Virus record (IMG/VR): IMGVR_UViG_3300033067_000171
Span: 1-34,245 of that record
Source of the DNA: a virus
Taxonomy: Duplodnaviria; Caudoviricetes
Reading direction: 5' to 3' (one strand)
DNA: 34,245 nt
Shown here: piece by piece, positions 8,780 through 17,998 of the stretch
How positions within the stretch are numbered: position 1 is the stretch's first letter
Layout of the letters: every line of letters begins with the position of its first letter
Notes under the pieces: model-generated
What the model saw: only the letters and a program-made list of their open reading frames with translations
Databases searched by the model: none
What the model was told of the DNA's origin: nothing
Program-made: the position numbers and the translations under genes

Positions 8780-10186
8780 ATGCAGATTCCAATCCTCAAC
8801 GGCATCTACGCTGACAACGGGCCAGACCTGCGCACGTCGTACCCGGTCAACCTGGTGCCAGTCCCAAAGCAGTCCGGCATCAGTGCCGGTTTTCTGCGTC
8901 CTGGTGACGGCATCGTTGGCAACGGCACCGGCCCAGGCATCGACCGTGGCGGCATCAACTGGAATGGCGTCTGCTACCGCGTTATGGGCACCAAGCTGGT
9001 GACCGTGGCCAGCAATGGCGCTGTCACCGTGCTGGGTGATGTTGGCGGCCCCGTCAGCACCCTGGTGACGATGGACTACAGCTTCGACCGCCTGGCCATT
9101 GCGTCTGGTGGTCGCCTATACTACTGGAACAACGCACTTGGCCTGGTTCAAGTGACCGACCCTGACCTTGGCCTGGTGCTGGATGTGGTCTGGGTAGATG
9201 GCTACTTCATGACCACCGATGGCACCAGCCTGGTGGTGACCGAGCTTTCCGACCCGACCCAGGTCAACCCGCTGAAGTACGGCTCCAGTGAAGTCGACCC
9301 AGACCCCGTGGTGGCGCTGCTCAAACTGCGCAACGAGGTCTATGCTCTGAACCGCAACACCATCGAGGTATTCGACAACGTGGGCGGCGAGTTCTTCCCG
9401 TTCCAGCGCATCGATGGCGCACAGATTCAGAAGGGCGTGATCGGCACGTTCGGCTGCTGCGTGTTCGTGGAGAGCGTTGCATTCCTCGGCTCCGGCCGCA
9501 ATGAAGCGCCAGGCATCTACCTCGGCGCAAACGCGACTGCTCAAAAAATAAGCACGCAGGAGATCGACCAGATTCTGCTAGGCTACACCGAAGTGCAGCT
9601 GGCTGGCGTCAATCTGGAAGCTCGCAACGACAAAGCCCACCAGCATCTGTATGTCCACCTGCCCGACCGCACGCTGGTGTTTGATGCAGCTGCCACTGGA
9701 GAGCTGAGCCAGCCCGTCTGGTTCACGCTGACCACCAGCCAGGTCGGCTTCAGTCAGTATCGCGCAAGGAATCTGGTCTGGGCCTACGACAAGTGGCTGA
9801 TCGGTGACCCGCAGTCCAGCGCCATCGGCTACCTGGTGGACAACATCAGCAGCCATTGGGGCCAGATCGTGCGCTGGGAGTTCGGCACGCTGATCGTCTA
9901 CAACGAGAGCAACGGCGCGATCTTCAACGAGCTGGAGCTGGTCAGTTTGACCGGCAGCGTGGCGCTTGGCGTCGATCCCATGATCTCGACAAGCTACAGC
10001 GTGGACGGCCAGGCATGGAGCCAAGAGCGCAGCATCCGTGCTGGCACGACCGGCAGCCGCAAGCGTCTTGCTTGGTTCCAGCAGGGCCACATGCGCAACT
10101 GGCGCATCCAGCGTTTCCGTGGCGACAGCCAGGCGCACCTGTCCTTCATCCGTCTTGAGGCTCAGATCGAGCCATTGGCCTACTGA
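8780..10186 (+). CDS. Packaged-DNA stabilization / head-closure protein, P22 gp10-like
   Basis: 468 aa beta-rich; SSEVDPDPVV, TIEVF.NVG and RNWRIQRF motifs; size and position match gp10. Confidence 0.85.
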   Translation: MQIPILNGIYADNGPDLRTSYPVNLVPVPKQSGISAGFLRPGDGIVGNGTGPGIDRGGINWNGVCYRVMGTKLVTVASNGAVTVLGDVGGPVSTLVTMDYSFDRLAIASGGRLYYWNNALGLVQVTDPDLGLVLDVVWVDGYFMTTDGTSLVVTELSDPTQVNPLKYGSSEVDPDPVVALLKLRNEVYALNRNTIEVFDNVGGEFFPFQRIDGAQIQKGVIGTFGCCVFVESVAFLGSGRNEAPGIYLGANATAQKISTQEIDQILLGYTEVQLAGVNLEARNDKAHQHLYVHLPDRTLVFDAAATGELSQPVWFTLTTSQVGFSQYRARNLVWAYDKWLIGDPQSSAIGYLVDNISSHWGQIVRWEFGTLIVYNESNGAIFNELELVSLTGSVALGVDPMISTSYSVDGQAWSQERSIRAGTTGSRKRLAWFQQGHMRNWRIQRFRGDSQAHLSFIRLEAQIEPLAY

Positions 10187-11196
10187 TGGCAACGCAGAAG
10201 CTCAACCTCACCCGCGACCAGCTCGCCACGTTCCTCAAGAACTTCGAGCAGATCAAGCAGTTCGAGCGTCTGTTTGCCCTGGCCGATCAGATCTCATCTT
10301 CACCGGACACGCCTGGCATCGATGTGCTGGCAGGCAACAGCCAGGCCACAGCGAATGAGGCGCTGGCTCAAATCGTGAGCCTGTCCAAAGATGCAGCCAT
10401 CAACGCAGGCAACGCAGACCAGAAGGCTGTGCAGGCACTGGATACGCTTGGCCGAATTGCAAATGCTCTGGAAATGCTGGCAACCGCGCCAGTGATCCAG
10501 AACAACAACTCGGTGGTGACGGACTACATTGACCTGCCAGAGATTGGCCCTCATGTCACGCAAGCAAGGCGTGTGCAGTGGAATCAGGACGATGGAACGC
10601 TAGATGTTGGCCTGTACGGAGGCAGCGTGCTGCAGGTCGGCCAGGAGCTGATGTACTACGCCAAGAACACCAGTGGCTCACTGATCGCAAACGGCACGCC
10701 TGTGATGTTCACTGGCACCGTTGGATCATCTGGCAAGATGACCTTTGGCCCGGCCATCGCTGACGGATCGGTGCTGGCCGACTACATGATGGGCGTGACC
10801 ACGCAAGACATCGCTGACAATGCTTTCGGCTACGTGACCAGCTTCGGCCTGGTGCGAGGCTTCAACACGACAGGTGCACCGTATGGCGAGGTGTGGACAG
10901 ATGGCGACTTGTTATATTTCGACCCGGCAACACCTGGGACGTGGACAAACGTTGCCCCGCAGGCCCCGAACATCGACGTGCCTGTGGCCGTGGTTGTCAA
11001 CGCTGGCAGCGGTGGCTCTGGCTCGATCTTTGTGCGCATGACTGTTGCCGAGTCGCTGGCAAGGCTTCAGGATGTTTACATCAACGGCACCGGAACCCCC
11101 AACGACTTTGATGTGCTGCTCTACGATGCCACGCAGTCCCGCTGGGAAAACAAACCCGCATCTGCTGTGCAGGTGCTTGAATGGATGAGCATGTAA
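10186..11196 (+). CDS. Putative tail/virion protein (helical N-terminus, beta C-terminus) in the gp26-equivalent position
   Basis: Coupled to the gp10-like gene (TGATG); 336 aa. Confidence 0.65.
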   Translation: MATQKLNLTRDQLATFLKNFEQIKQFERLFALADQISSSPDTPGIDVLAGNSQATANEALAQIVSLSKDAAINAGNADQKAVQALDTLGRIANALEMLATAPVIQNNNSVVTDYIDLPEIGPHVTQARRVQWNQDDGTLDVGLYGGSVLQVGQELMYYAKNTSGSLIANGTPVMFTGTVGSSGKMTFGPAIADGSVLADYMMGVTTQDIADNAFGYVTSFGLVRGFNTTGAPYGEVWTDGDLLYFDPATPGTWTNVAPQAPNIDVPVAVVVNAGSGGSGSIFVRMTVAESLARLQDVYINGTGTPNDFDVLLYDATQSRWENKPASAVQVLEWMSM

Positions 11197-11531
11197 TGGC
11201 CTTTCAGAACATCACCCCAACAAAGCTCGGCCAGGCCGCCATCACCACTGGCGTGACCACGCTCTACACCGTCCCGGCCAGCACGCGCACGCTGCTCAAG
11301 GAGTTCAGCATCGCAAACACCACAGGCGCGGCCATCAATGTGCGCGTGTTCTTGGTGCCTTCGGCAGGCTCAGCAGGCACTGGCAATGCGTTTCTGTACG
11401 ACGTCGCAGTCCCGGCAAACAACGCCCTGCAGTACAACGGCGTGCAAGTCATGAACGCAGGCGAAACCATCCAGGTGCAGGCAGCGTCCGCAGGCCTGAC
11501 AATCACAGCAAGCGGCGCAGAGGCCGTTTAA
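11196..11531 (+). CDS. Small beta-rich structural protein (paralog A)
   Basis: TAATG overlap; similar to the next gene. Confidence 0.7.
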   Translation: MAFQNITPTKLGQAAITTGVTTLYTVPASTRTLLKEFSIANTTGAAINVRVFLVPSAGSAGTGNAFLYDVAVPANNALQYNGVQVMNAGETIQVQAASAGLTITASGAEAV

Positions 11532-11540
11532 GGAGAAACC

Positions 11541-11873
11541 ATGGCAGTCACAGCAAAACCACTCATTGGCTCCAAGCAGATGGAGGCGGCGCAGACCACG
11601 CAATACACCGCCACCAACTGCACGGCCATCATCGACAAATTTACCGCCACCAACACCAGCGCCAGCAATGCCGTGATCAGCGTGCACCTGGTGAGCAGCG
11701 GCGGCAGCGCAGGCACGACAAACCTGATCGTGGACAGCCGCGCCATTGCACCAGACGAGACCTACACATTCCCCGAGCTGGTTGGCCAAGTGCTGGCCAA
11801 TGGTGGCTTCATCTCGACCACAGGAACGGCCACTGCCCTGACGATCCGCGCCTCTGGCCGTGAAATCACTTAA
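11541..11873 (+). CDS. Small beta-rich structural protein (paralog B)
   Basis: AAGGAG RBS; similar to the previous gene. Confidence 0.75.
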   Translation: MAVTAKPLIGSKQMEAAQTTQYTATNCTAIIDKFTATNTSASNAVISVHLVSSGGSAGTTNLIVDSRAIAPDETYTFPELVGQVLANGGFISTTGTATALTIRASGREIT

Positions 11874-11883
11874 GGAGACCACA

Positions 11884-12282
11884 ATGGAAATGCCAAAGAT
11901 CATGGTGGCTGGCTTCACCGGCCTGCCTGAATCCATGCCGTTCATCACGGCGGCCGAGAACAAGAAGAACACCCAGGTGGTGATCGACGACTGGATGCTC
12001 GGCCCAGAGAACCCAAGCAACGAGCCAACGGCCAACAAGGTCTATTGGGTTGCACTTGGCAAGGCCATGCAGGTTGACGAGAAAGAGGCCCGTCGTCGTC
12101 GCTGCTCCAACTGTGAGTATTACGACAACAGCACCTACAAGCAGGCATTAATGGAGCGTATCCCGCGCAACGATTGGGACACAGACGCTGGTTTCCGTGG
12201 CTTCTGCCGCAAGTTCGATTTCATCTGCCACGACCTGCGTTCCTGCCAAGCCTGGGAAGAGCGCGACTTTGAGATGGATTGA
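11884..12282 (+). CDS. Cys-rich protein with a HiPIP-like motif pattern
   Basis: AAGGAG RBS; CSNCEYY...GFCRKF...CHDLRSCQAW. Confidence 0.7.
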   Translation: MEMPKIMVAGFTGLPESMPFITAAENKKNTQVVIDDWMLGPENPSNEPTANKVYWVALGKAMQVDEKEARRRRCSNCEYYDNSTYKQALMERIPRNDWDTDAGFRGFCRKFDFICHDLRSCQAWEERDFEMD

Positions 12283-12306
12283 CAGGTGATGCAAATGTGG
12301 GAAAAT
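12279..12306 (+). promoter_or_regulatory. Putative sigma70 internal promoter
   Basis: TTGACA (12279-84), 16-nt spacer ending in TGG (extended -10), then GAAAAT (12301-06). Confidence 0.5.
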
Positions 12307-12362
12307 ACAGGTGCTGAGCCTATCGAGCCGCCAGCAGCTCATCGCCACTTGGAGGGTAGAGC

Positions 12363-12812
12363 ATGACTGGTACGGATAGCCTCAAACAGAACCTGCAACA
12401 GGTTCTGGCGCTGCCTGCACCGGCCATTGAGTGGCTGTTGATGCTGTGGAACGCGATCCAGGTCTTTGACGACGTGGCAGACGGCGATCCAGTCGAGCGC
12501 AGCGATCTGAATGCCGCCATCTGGAACACCCTGGTGGCGATGAATCAAAACACCTTCTTCCTGCAGAATTCCCCTGTCCTGGTGCCATGCGTGGCATCCA
12601 TGGTCTTGAAGTGGCAAGCCTCCGACCGCGCTGAGCGTGCCGGGCTTGCCGATGCACGCTCCTACATGTGGCGTGCTGGGTACTATGACGTGGTCTTGAT
12701 GGCCATGCAGCTTTGCCATGGCGCGAAGTTTGCCAACGAAAATGCCCACTTGGTCATGGAGCTGTATGGCGAGACGTTTGAAGAATACATGAAGGAGTTT
12801 GGCCATGCCTAA
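12363..12812 (+). CDS. All-helical protein with a DDxxD motif (isoprenoid synthase/prenyltransferase-like)
   Basis: GGAGG RBS; hydrophobic helix followed by QVFDDVADGD; overlaps the start of the next gene. Confidence 0.65.
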   Translation: MTGTDSLKQNLQQVLALPAPAIEWLLMLWNAIQVFDDVADGDPVERSDLNAAIWNTLVAMNQNTFFLQNSPVLVPCVASMVLKWQASDRAERAGLADARSYMWRAGYYDVVLMAMQLCHGAKFANENAHLVMELYGETFEEYMKEFGHA

Positions 12813-13536
12813 TCCAATTACCGGCTTAATCGTCGGCGGCACACAGCTCGTCGGCGGCCTGATGCAAGCCGACGCAGCAGGTGATGCTGCTGCAGCACAA
12901 GCAGGAGCCAGCGAAGCTGGCATTGCAGAACAGCGTCGTCAGTTTGACGAGGCAAAGAAAATACTTGAGCCTTATGTAACAGCAGGTGTTGGCGCAATGC
13001 AAGGTCTTGCTCCATACGCTGAAGCAGGTGCGCCAGCTTTAGAACAGCAGCAAGCACTTCTTGGGCTTCGAGGCCTTGAAGCACAACGTCAAGCAATAGC
13101 AGCCGTTGAACAAGGAGGTCTATTTCAAGAGCTCGTCAGAAAGGGTGAAGAATCTCTCCTTCAGCAAGCATCTGCAACAGGCGGATTAAGAGGCGGCAAC
13201 ATTCAAGCCGCTCTTGCTCAATTTCGACCACAAATGCTCTCTCAAGCTATTGCAGATCAATATGGCAGACTTGGGGGTCTTACCGCTCTTGGCCAAACCA
13301 CGCAGCAAAATATTGCAACAATGGGACAGGCATCTGCAGCCGGTCAAGCATCTGCTGGCCTTAAAACTGGAGCCGATATTGCTGGCCTGCTTGGAGAACG
13401 CGGCGCAGCTCTGGCTGGTGGCGAGCTTGGCCAGGCTAAAGCCTTCAGCGGCCTGCTGAACCTCCCGGCCCAGGTGCTTGGCGCACAGTACGGCGCAGGC
13501 GGCAAACTTGGCCTTGGCTTCGGCAGCCTATTCTGA
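12805..13536 (+). CDS. DNA ejection/pilot protein, P22 gp7-like
   Basis: AAGGAG RBS; G/A/Q-rich; AGIAEQRRQFD..LEPYV.AG, ASATGGLRGGN; hydrophobic N-terminus. Confidence 0.75.
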   Translation: MPNPITGLIVGGTQLVGGLMQADAAGDAAAAQAGASEAGIAEQRRQFDEAKKILEPYVTAGVGAMQGLAPYAEAGAPALEQQQALLGLRGLEAQRQAIAAVEQGGLFQELVRKGEESLLQQASATGGLRGGNIQAALAQFRPQMLSQAIADQYGRLGGLTALGQTTQQNIATMGQASAAGQASAGLKTGADIAGLLGERGAALAGGELGQAKAFSGLLNLPAQVLGAQYGAGGKLGLGFGSLF

Positions 13537-13546
13537 GGACAAGAAC

Positions 13547-14944
13547 ATGCCAGCACCCTACGACTACTCCATCAACGTTCAGAGCCCGTTCGAGGCTGCC
13601 GTCAGCGGCCTGAAGCTGGGCGCGACCATCGCAGACATTCGCACGCAGCAAGAGGCTGCCGCGAAGGCTGCCGAACGCCAGCAAATGCTCAACCAGGGCA
13701 TGCAGGCGCTGATCAACAACCCGAATCCGACCGCACGCGATTTCACCAACATCGCCATGCTGCTGCCTGAAAAAGAGGCAGCCAGCATGCGTGCCAACTG
13801 GGACACGCTGAACAAAGACCAGCAGGACAACGAGCTGCGTTTCAGCGGACAGGTCATGTCGGCATTCAGCTCCGGCGCACCGCAGATCGGCGTGAGCCTT
13901 CTCCGCCAGAAGGCCGATGCAGAGCGCAACTCTGGCCGCGAAGATCGCGCCAAGGCCTACGAGACCTATGCCCAGCTGGCCGAGACCAACCCCGGCGCTG
14001 CCCAGAAGACAATCGGCATCATGCTGGCCGGTGTTCCTGGTGGCGACAAGGTGCTGGAATCCTCGATCAAGGCACTCAAGGCCCCGGCTGAGATTCGCAC
14101 CGGCGAGGCTGGCGCGACCGAGAAAGAGCTGGTCACGGCCAACACGCCGACCCGCTTGGCCTTGGAAAACGCCAACACCGGCGCACAGATTCGCAACATC
14201 GACAGCCAGATCGCAGAACGTTCTGGCCGCCTGGCGCTTGACCGCGACAAGCTGCAGACCGATGTGGAGATGGAGCTGTTCAAGCTGAATCAGTCCGGCA
14301 CCAAGCTGGACAACGACGCACGCAAGATCGTCAACGACGCCACCATCGCAGCCGTCGGCAACGAGCAGGCTGCAGGCCGCATGCTTGACCTGGCTGGCCG
14401 CATTGAATCCGCACAAGGCGGCAAGGGCGCACTGACCAAGGCCAGCGAGTGGTTCGCAGGTGCAACCGGCCGCCAGGACGAGTGGACGCAGATGCGCCAG
14501 GAATACACCCGCCTGCGCAACACCCAAGCGATCAAGATGCTGCCGCCTGGCCCGGCAACCGACAAGGACATTCAGCTGGCGCTTAAGGGTTTTCCCGAGG
14601 AAACCGCCAACGCTGCCACCATCGCATCGTTCTTGCGCGGCATGGCCAAGATGCAGCAGTTCGACGCGGCGGCAAAATCTGCCGAGGCTGAATGGGTCAA
14701 CTCGACCGGCTCCCTTGGCCGCGCCAAGACCGACATCAACATCGGCGGCATCCAGGTGCCTGCTGGCACGACCTTCGTGGACTTCATGCGCCAGTACGGC
14801 GAGCAACGCGCCCAGGGCTTGGCTGCACAGCAGGCCAACGTGGTCACCGGCCAGCGTGGCTACATGCGCTGGGCCAACCCGCAAACTGGCCAAGTTCCTG
14901 CACCGGGCACGCTTGGCAGCGGTACTTTCCAGCCTGGCCGCTAA
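13547..14944 (+). CDS. DNA ejection protein, gp20-equivalent
   Basis: GAGGA RBS before MPAPYDY; helical A/Q-rich; second of three ejection-type genes. Confidence 0.65.
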   Translation: MPAPYDYSINVQSPFEAAVSGLKLGATIADIRTQQEAAAKAAERQQMLNQGMQALINNPNPTARDFTNIAMLLPEKEAASMRANWDTLNKDQQDNELRFSGQVMSAFSSGAPQIGVSLLRQKADAERNSGREDRAKAYETYAQLAETNPGAAQKTIGIMLAGVPGGDKVLESSIKALKAPAEIRTGEAGATEKELVTANTPTRLALENANTGAQIRNIDSQIAERSGRLALDRDKLQTDVEMELFKLNQSGTKLDNDARKIVNDATIAAVGNEQAAGRMLDLAGRIESAQGGKGALTKASEWFAGATGRQDEWTQMRQEYTRLRNTQAIKMLPPGPATDKDIQLALKGFPEETANAATIASFLRGMAKMQQFDAAAKSAEAEWVNSTGSLGRAKTDINIGGIQVPAGTTFVDFMRQYGEQRAQGLAAQQANVVTGQRGYMRWANPQTGQVPAPGTLGSGTFQPGR

Positions 14945-14953
14945 GGACGAACG

Positions 14954-17900
14954 ATGGCGACACAAGCCCCAAACAGCTACAAAGACCCGTTCTGGTCTGA
15001 CCTGGCCGCTGGCACTGAGCAAAAGCTCGGCCTGCCGTCTGGTCTGCTCAAGTCGGTGCTGCTTTATGGCGAGCGCAGCAATGCTGACCAGGTGTCCGAG
15101 GCCAACGCCAAGACGCCATTCCAGATCATCCCGGCCACCCGCAAGGCTGTGATGGATAAGTACGGAGTGGACGCCTACCTCAGCCCACAGAACGCTGCCG
15201 AGGCTGCTGGTCTGCTGCTCAAGGAATCCCTGCAGCGCAACAAAGGTGACATCAAGCTGGCCGCTGCCGAGTATCACGGTGGAACTGACCCGAAAAACTG
15301 GGGGCCTCGCACGAAGTCCTACATCGAGCGCGTGAGTGCCGGTGTCGGCCAAGAGCAACAAGCCACGCTCCCCGGAGGTGGGGAGAGCACGTTTCAACGC
15401 GTCATGGCAGCCCGAGGTGGTGCTGGCGCTGCTGGTGGCCCTGCTATGGCCCCTGGCTCGATTCAAAACATCTTCAACGCCTACAGCTCCGGCCAGATGA
15501 CGCCTGAAGAGGCGGCAGAATTCGAGGCCGACGTTCAGTCTGGCGCGATCATGCTGCCCCGTGGCGCTGCCCTGCGTGGCCAACAGCCTGCGCCAGCCCA
15601 AGGCACAAAGCCCAGCACGCAAGTCGCTGAGCTGCCGCCTGCTGTGGTCGAGGCCTACAACACCGGCCGCATGACCCGTCAGGAAATGATGGACTTGGAG
15701 GCTGACGTTAAGAATGGCATGGTGCGTGCTCCTGCTGGCATGCAGCTCAAAGGCACCGAGGCCTTGGGCGTGCTCGGCGGCATCCGCGAGGCCATCACCG
15801 GAACTGAGCGCGAAACGCCCACAACTCAGGCGCTGCCCGACTGGGCATCGATGCCCGAGCTCAACACCTTCAGCATGGCCAGCTTTAAGTCGGCCTTGGG
15901 CACGATGATGACCAACCCGCAGGAAACTGTGCAGGTCATCCAGTCCAACTTCCCAGGAGTGCAAGTCAGCCAGGACGAGAAGGGCAACTTCGTGCTGCAG
16001 TCGTCGATCGACGGCCAGATGTACGCCATCAAGCCCGGCTTCCAGGTGAGCGACATTCCCCGCGCTGCTGGAGCTTTGGCTGCCTTCACCCCGGCTGGTC
16101 GCGCCACCACACTTCCCGGCATGGCCGCTGCTGCTGGTGGAACCCAGGCCGCCATCGAGGCCACACAGGCTGCCACTGGCGGCAGATTCGACGCTGGCGA
16201 GGTGGCCACCACCGCTGCGCTGGCTCCCGTACTTCCGGCCGCTGTGCGCGGCGTGCAGGCCGTCCGTGCTGCCCGTGCACCTGTTGCCCCAGCTGCTGGC
16301 CCTGCAGCCCCTGCTGGCGCTCCCATGGGCACGGCGATGGCACCTGCTGCACCTGTTCGTGCTGCCGCTGCTGCGCCTGAAGTCCAGCCTTCTGCCATGC
16401 AAGTCACGCCACCGGCTGCTCCGGCTGCCGCCATGACACCGCAGGAGCTGGCCACGACCGCACGCACGGCCGCCGAGGGTGGCATGGGCGCAACCAGAGC
16501 CACATCCGTGCTGGCTGGCCAGGCCGCACCCGACCCGAAAGTGCTGGAGGCTGCCCGACGCCTTGGCATCGACGAATACCTGCAGCCCGACCACCTGACC
16601 TCGAACCAGGCTTACCGCGAGCTGGCCCAGGCCGTGAAGTCCATCCCTGGCAGCCAGACCCGAGCAGCCGAGATTCAGGGCCTCGAGCAAGTCGGACTTC
16701 GTGCCGACCGCCTGATCAACGAGATCGGCGGAACGACCGACCTGAGCAAGCTCAACCAGGCCGTGCGCACGCAGCTCGACCAAACCGTGACCAATCTGGC
16801 CACCCAGGCTGACGACGCCTACAAGGCGCTGCGCACGCAGATTCCGTCGCAGACCCGTGGCGAAGCCACCAACGTTCTGGAATTCGTGCAGCGTCGTGCT
16901 GACGATCTGGACGGCGCTGAAAACCTGTCTGCCTTGGAAAAAATGGTGCGCAGCAAGCTGACGCCTAAGCCCATCAAGGACGAGGCTGGAAACGTGATCG
17001 GCACCCGTGCCCCGACCTACGCCCTGATCGATGACGTCAGGCGTGACGTTGGCGCTGCTGCACGCCAGGCTGGCCCGTTTGCTGATGCTGACACAGGCCT
17101 TGCAAAGCAGCTCTACCGCCTGATCGACGATGACCAGTTCGCACTGGCCCAAGGCGCTGGCCAAGGCGAAAGCTACCGCCTGGCCAAGAGCCTGGTGCAG
17201 ATGCGCAAGGGCTTTGAGGATGACATGGTGTCCCTGTTCGGCCGCCAGCTCGACCAGAGCCTGGTGGGCAAACTGGAATCTGCCACCATGTCCCTGACCA
17301 AGGGCGATGCCGATAAGCTGGCCAAGATTCTGACGGCCATCCCGAAGGACATGCGCCAGATGGTCACGGCCTCGGCCCTGAACACTGCATTCGGCAAAGC
17401 CACCCAGAATGGCGCTCTGAACTTCAACACCTATGCCAAGTGGTACGAAGGCCTGCTGGCCAACAAGCAAGCCTATGCTGCGCTGATGGCCAACCTGCCG
17501 CAGCCTGCACGCAAGCAGCTGTCCGACCTGTACCGCGTGGCCAGCAACGTGAGCAAGGCCACCCGCGAGCGCATCACCACTGGCCGCATCCAGGCCGTCC
17601 AGCAGGAGCTGCAAGGCGCTGACAACCTGCTGACAAACATCTATGGCGTGGCCAAGCGTGCTGCAGTCGGCCTGCCAATCGAGGCGGCCACTACTGCCGT
17701 CGGCTTGCCTGGTGCTGGCATTGCATCTGGCCTGGCCGCTGCGCTGACCAAGACTAAGCCTGGCGCACTGAAAGCGGCCGATGAGCTGATCTCGTCGCCT
17801 GAGTTTCAGCGCCTGGCTGTCGAGACAGTTTCAACAGGCAACCAACCGTCCAAGGCTACCGTAAAGGCTGTCTTGATGTCACAATCTTTCCAGAAGTTTG

Positions 17901-17998
17901 CCGACGCGGTGAAGCTCCCACGCGAAATGAGTGCGCGTGAGAAGTTCATCGTTCAATCGCTGCAGGCCCAGGAGCAATTCGACCAGGAGAACCAATAA
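14954..17998 (+). CDS. Large DNA ejection protein (gp16-equivalent) with an N-terminal lytic transglycosylase-like domain
   Basis: 1014 aa; LLKSVLLYGERS, TPFQIIPAT, QNAAEAAGLLL, AAAEYHGG and RTKSYIERV match SLT/lysozyme motif order. Confidence 0.75.
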   Translation: MATQAPNSYKDPFWSDLAAGTEQKLGLPSGLLKSVLLYGERSNADQVSEANAKTPFQIIPATRKAVMDKYGVDAYLSPQNAAEAAGLLLKESLQRNKGDIKLAAAEYHGGTDPKNWGPRTKSYIERVSAGVGQEQQATLPGGGESTFQRVMAARGGAGAAGGPAMAPGSIQNIFNAYSSGQMTPEEAAEFEADVQSGAIMLPRGAALRGQQPAPAQGTKPSTQVAELPPAVVEAYNTGRMTRQEMMDLEADVKNGMVRAPAGMQLKGTEALGVLGGIREAITGTERETPTTQALPDWASMPELNTFSMASFKSALGTMMTNPQETVQVIQSNFPGVQVSQDEKGNFVLQSSIDGQMYAIKPGFQVSDIPRAAGALAAFTPAGRATTLPGMAAAAGGTQAAIEATQAATGGRFDAGEVATTAALAPVLPAAVRGVQAVRAARAPVAPAAGPAAPAGAPMGTAMAPAAPVRAAAAAPEVQPSAMQVTPPAAPAAAMTPQELATTARTAAEGGMGATRATSVLAGQAAPDPKVLEAARRLGIDEYLQPDHLTSNQAYRELAQAVKSIPGSQTRAAEIQGLEQVGLRADRLINEIGGTTDLSKLNQAVRTQLDQTVTNLATQADDAYKALRTQIPSQTRGEATNVLEFVQRRADDLDGAENLSALEKMVRSKLTPKPIKDEAGNVIGTRAPTYALIDDVRRDVGAAARQAGPFADADTGLAKQLYRLIDDDQFALAQGAGQGESYRLAKSLVQMRKGFEDDMVSLFGRQLDQSLVGKLESATMSLTKGDADKLAKILTAIPKDMRQMVTASALNTAFGKATQNGALNFNTYAKWYEGLLANKQAYAALMANLPQPARKQLSDLYRVASNVSKATRERITTGRIQAVQQELQGADNLLTNIYGVAKRAAVGLPIEAATTAVGLPGAGIASGLAAALTKTKPGALKAADELISSPEFQRLAVETVSTGNQPSKATVKAVLMSQSFQKFADAVKLPREMSAREKFIVQSLQAQEQFDQENQ

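Noticed and set aside
16250-16440. GCTGC/CCTGCT-rich repetitive DNA
   Set aside because: Encodes an Ala/Pro linker; not a CRISPR array or regular tandem repeat
13445-17614. 1389-aa minus-strand ORF
   Set aside because: Antisense shadow of the strongly codon-biased ejection genes; no motifs or RBS
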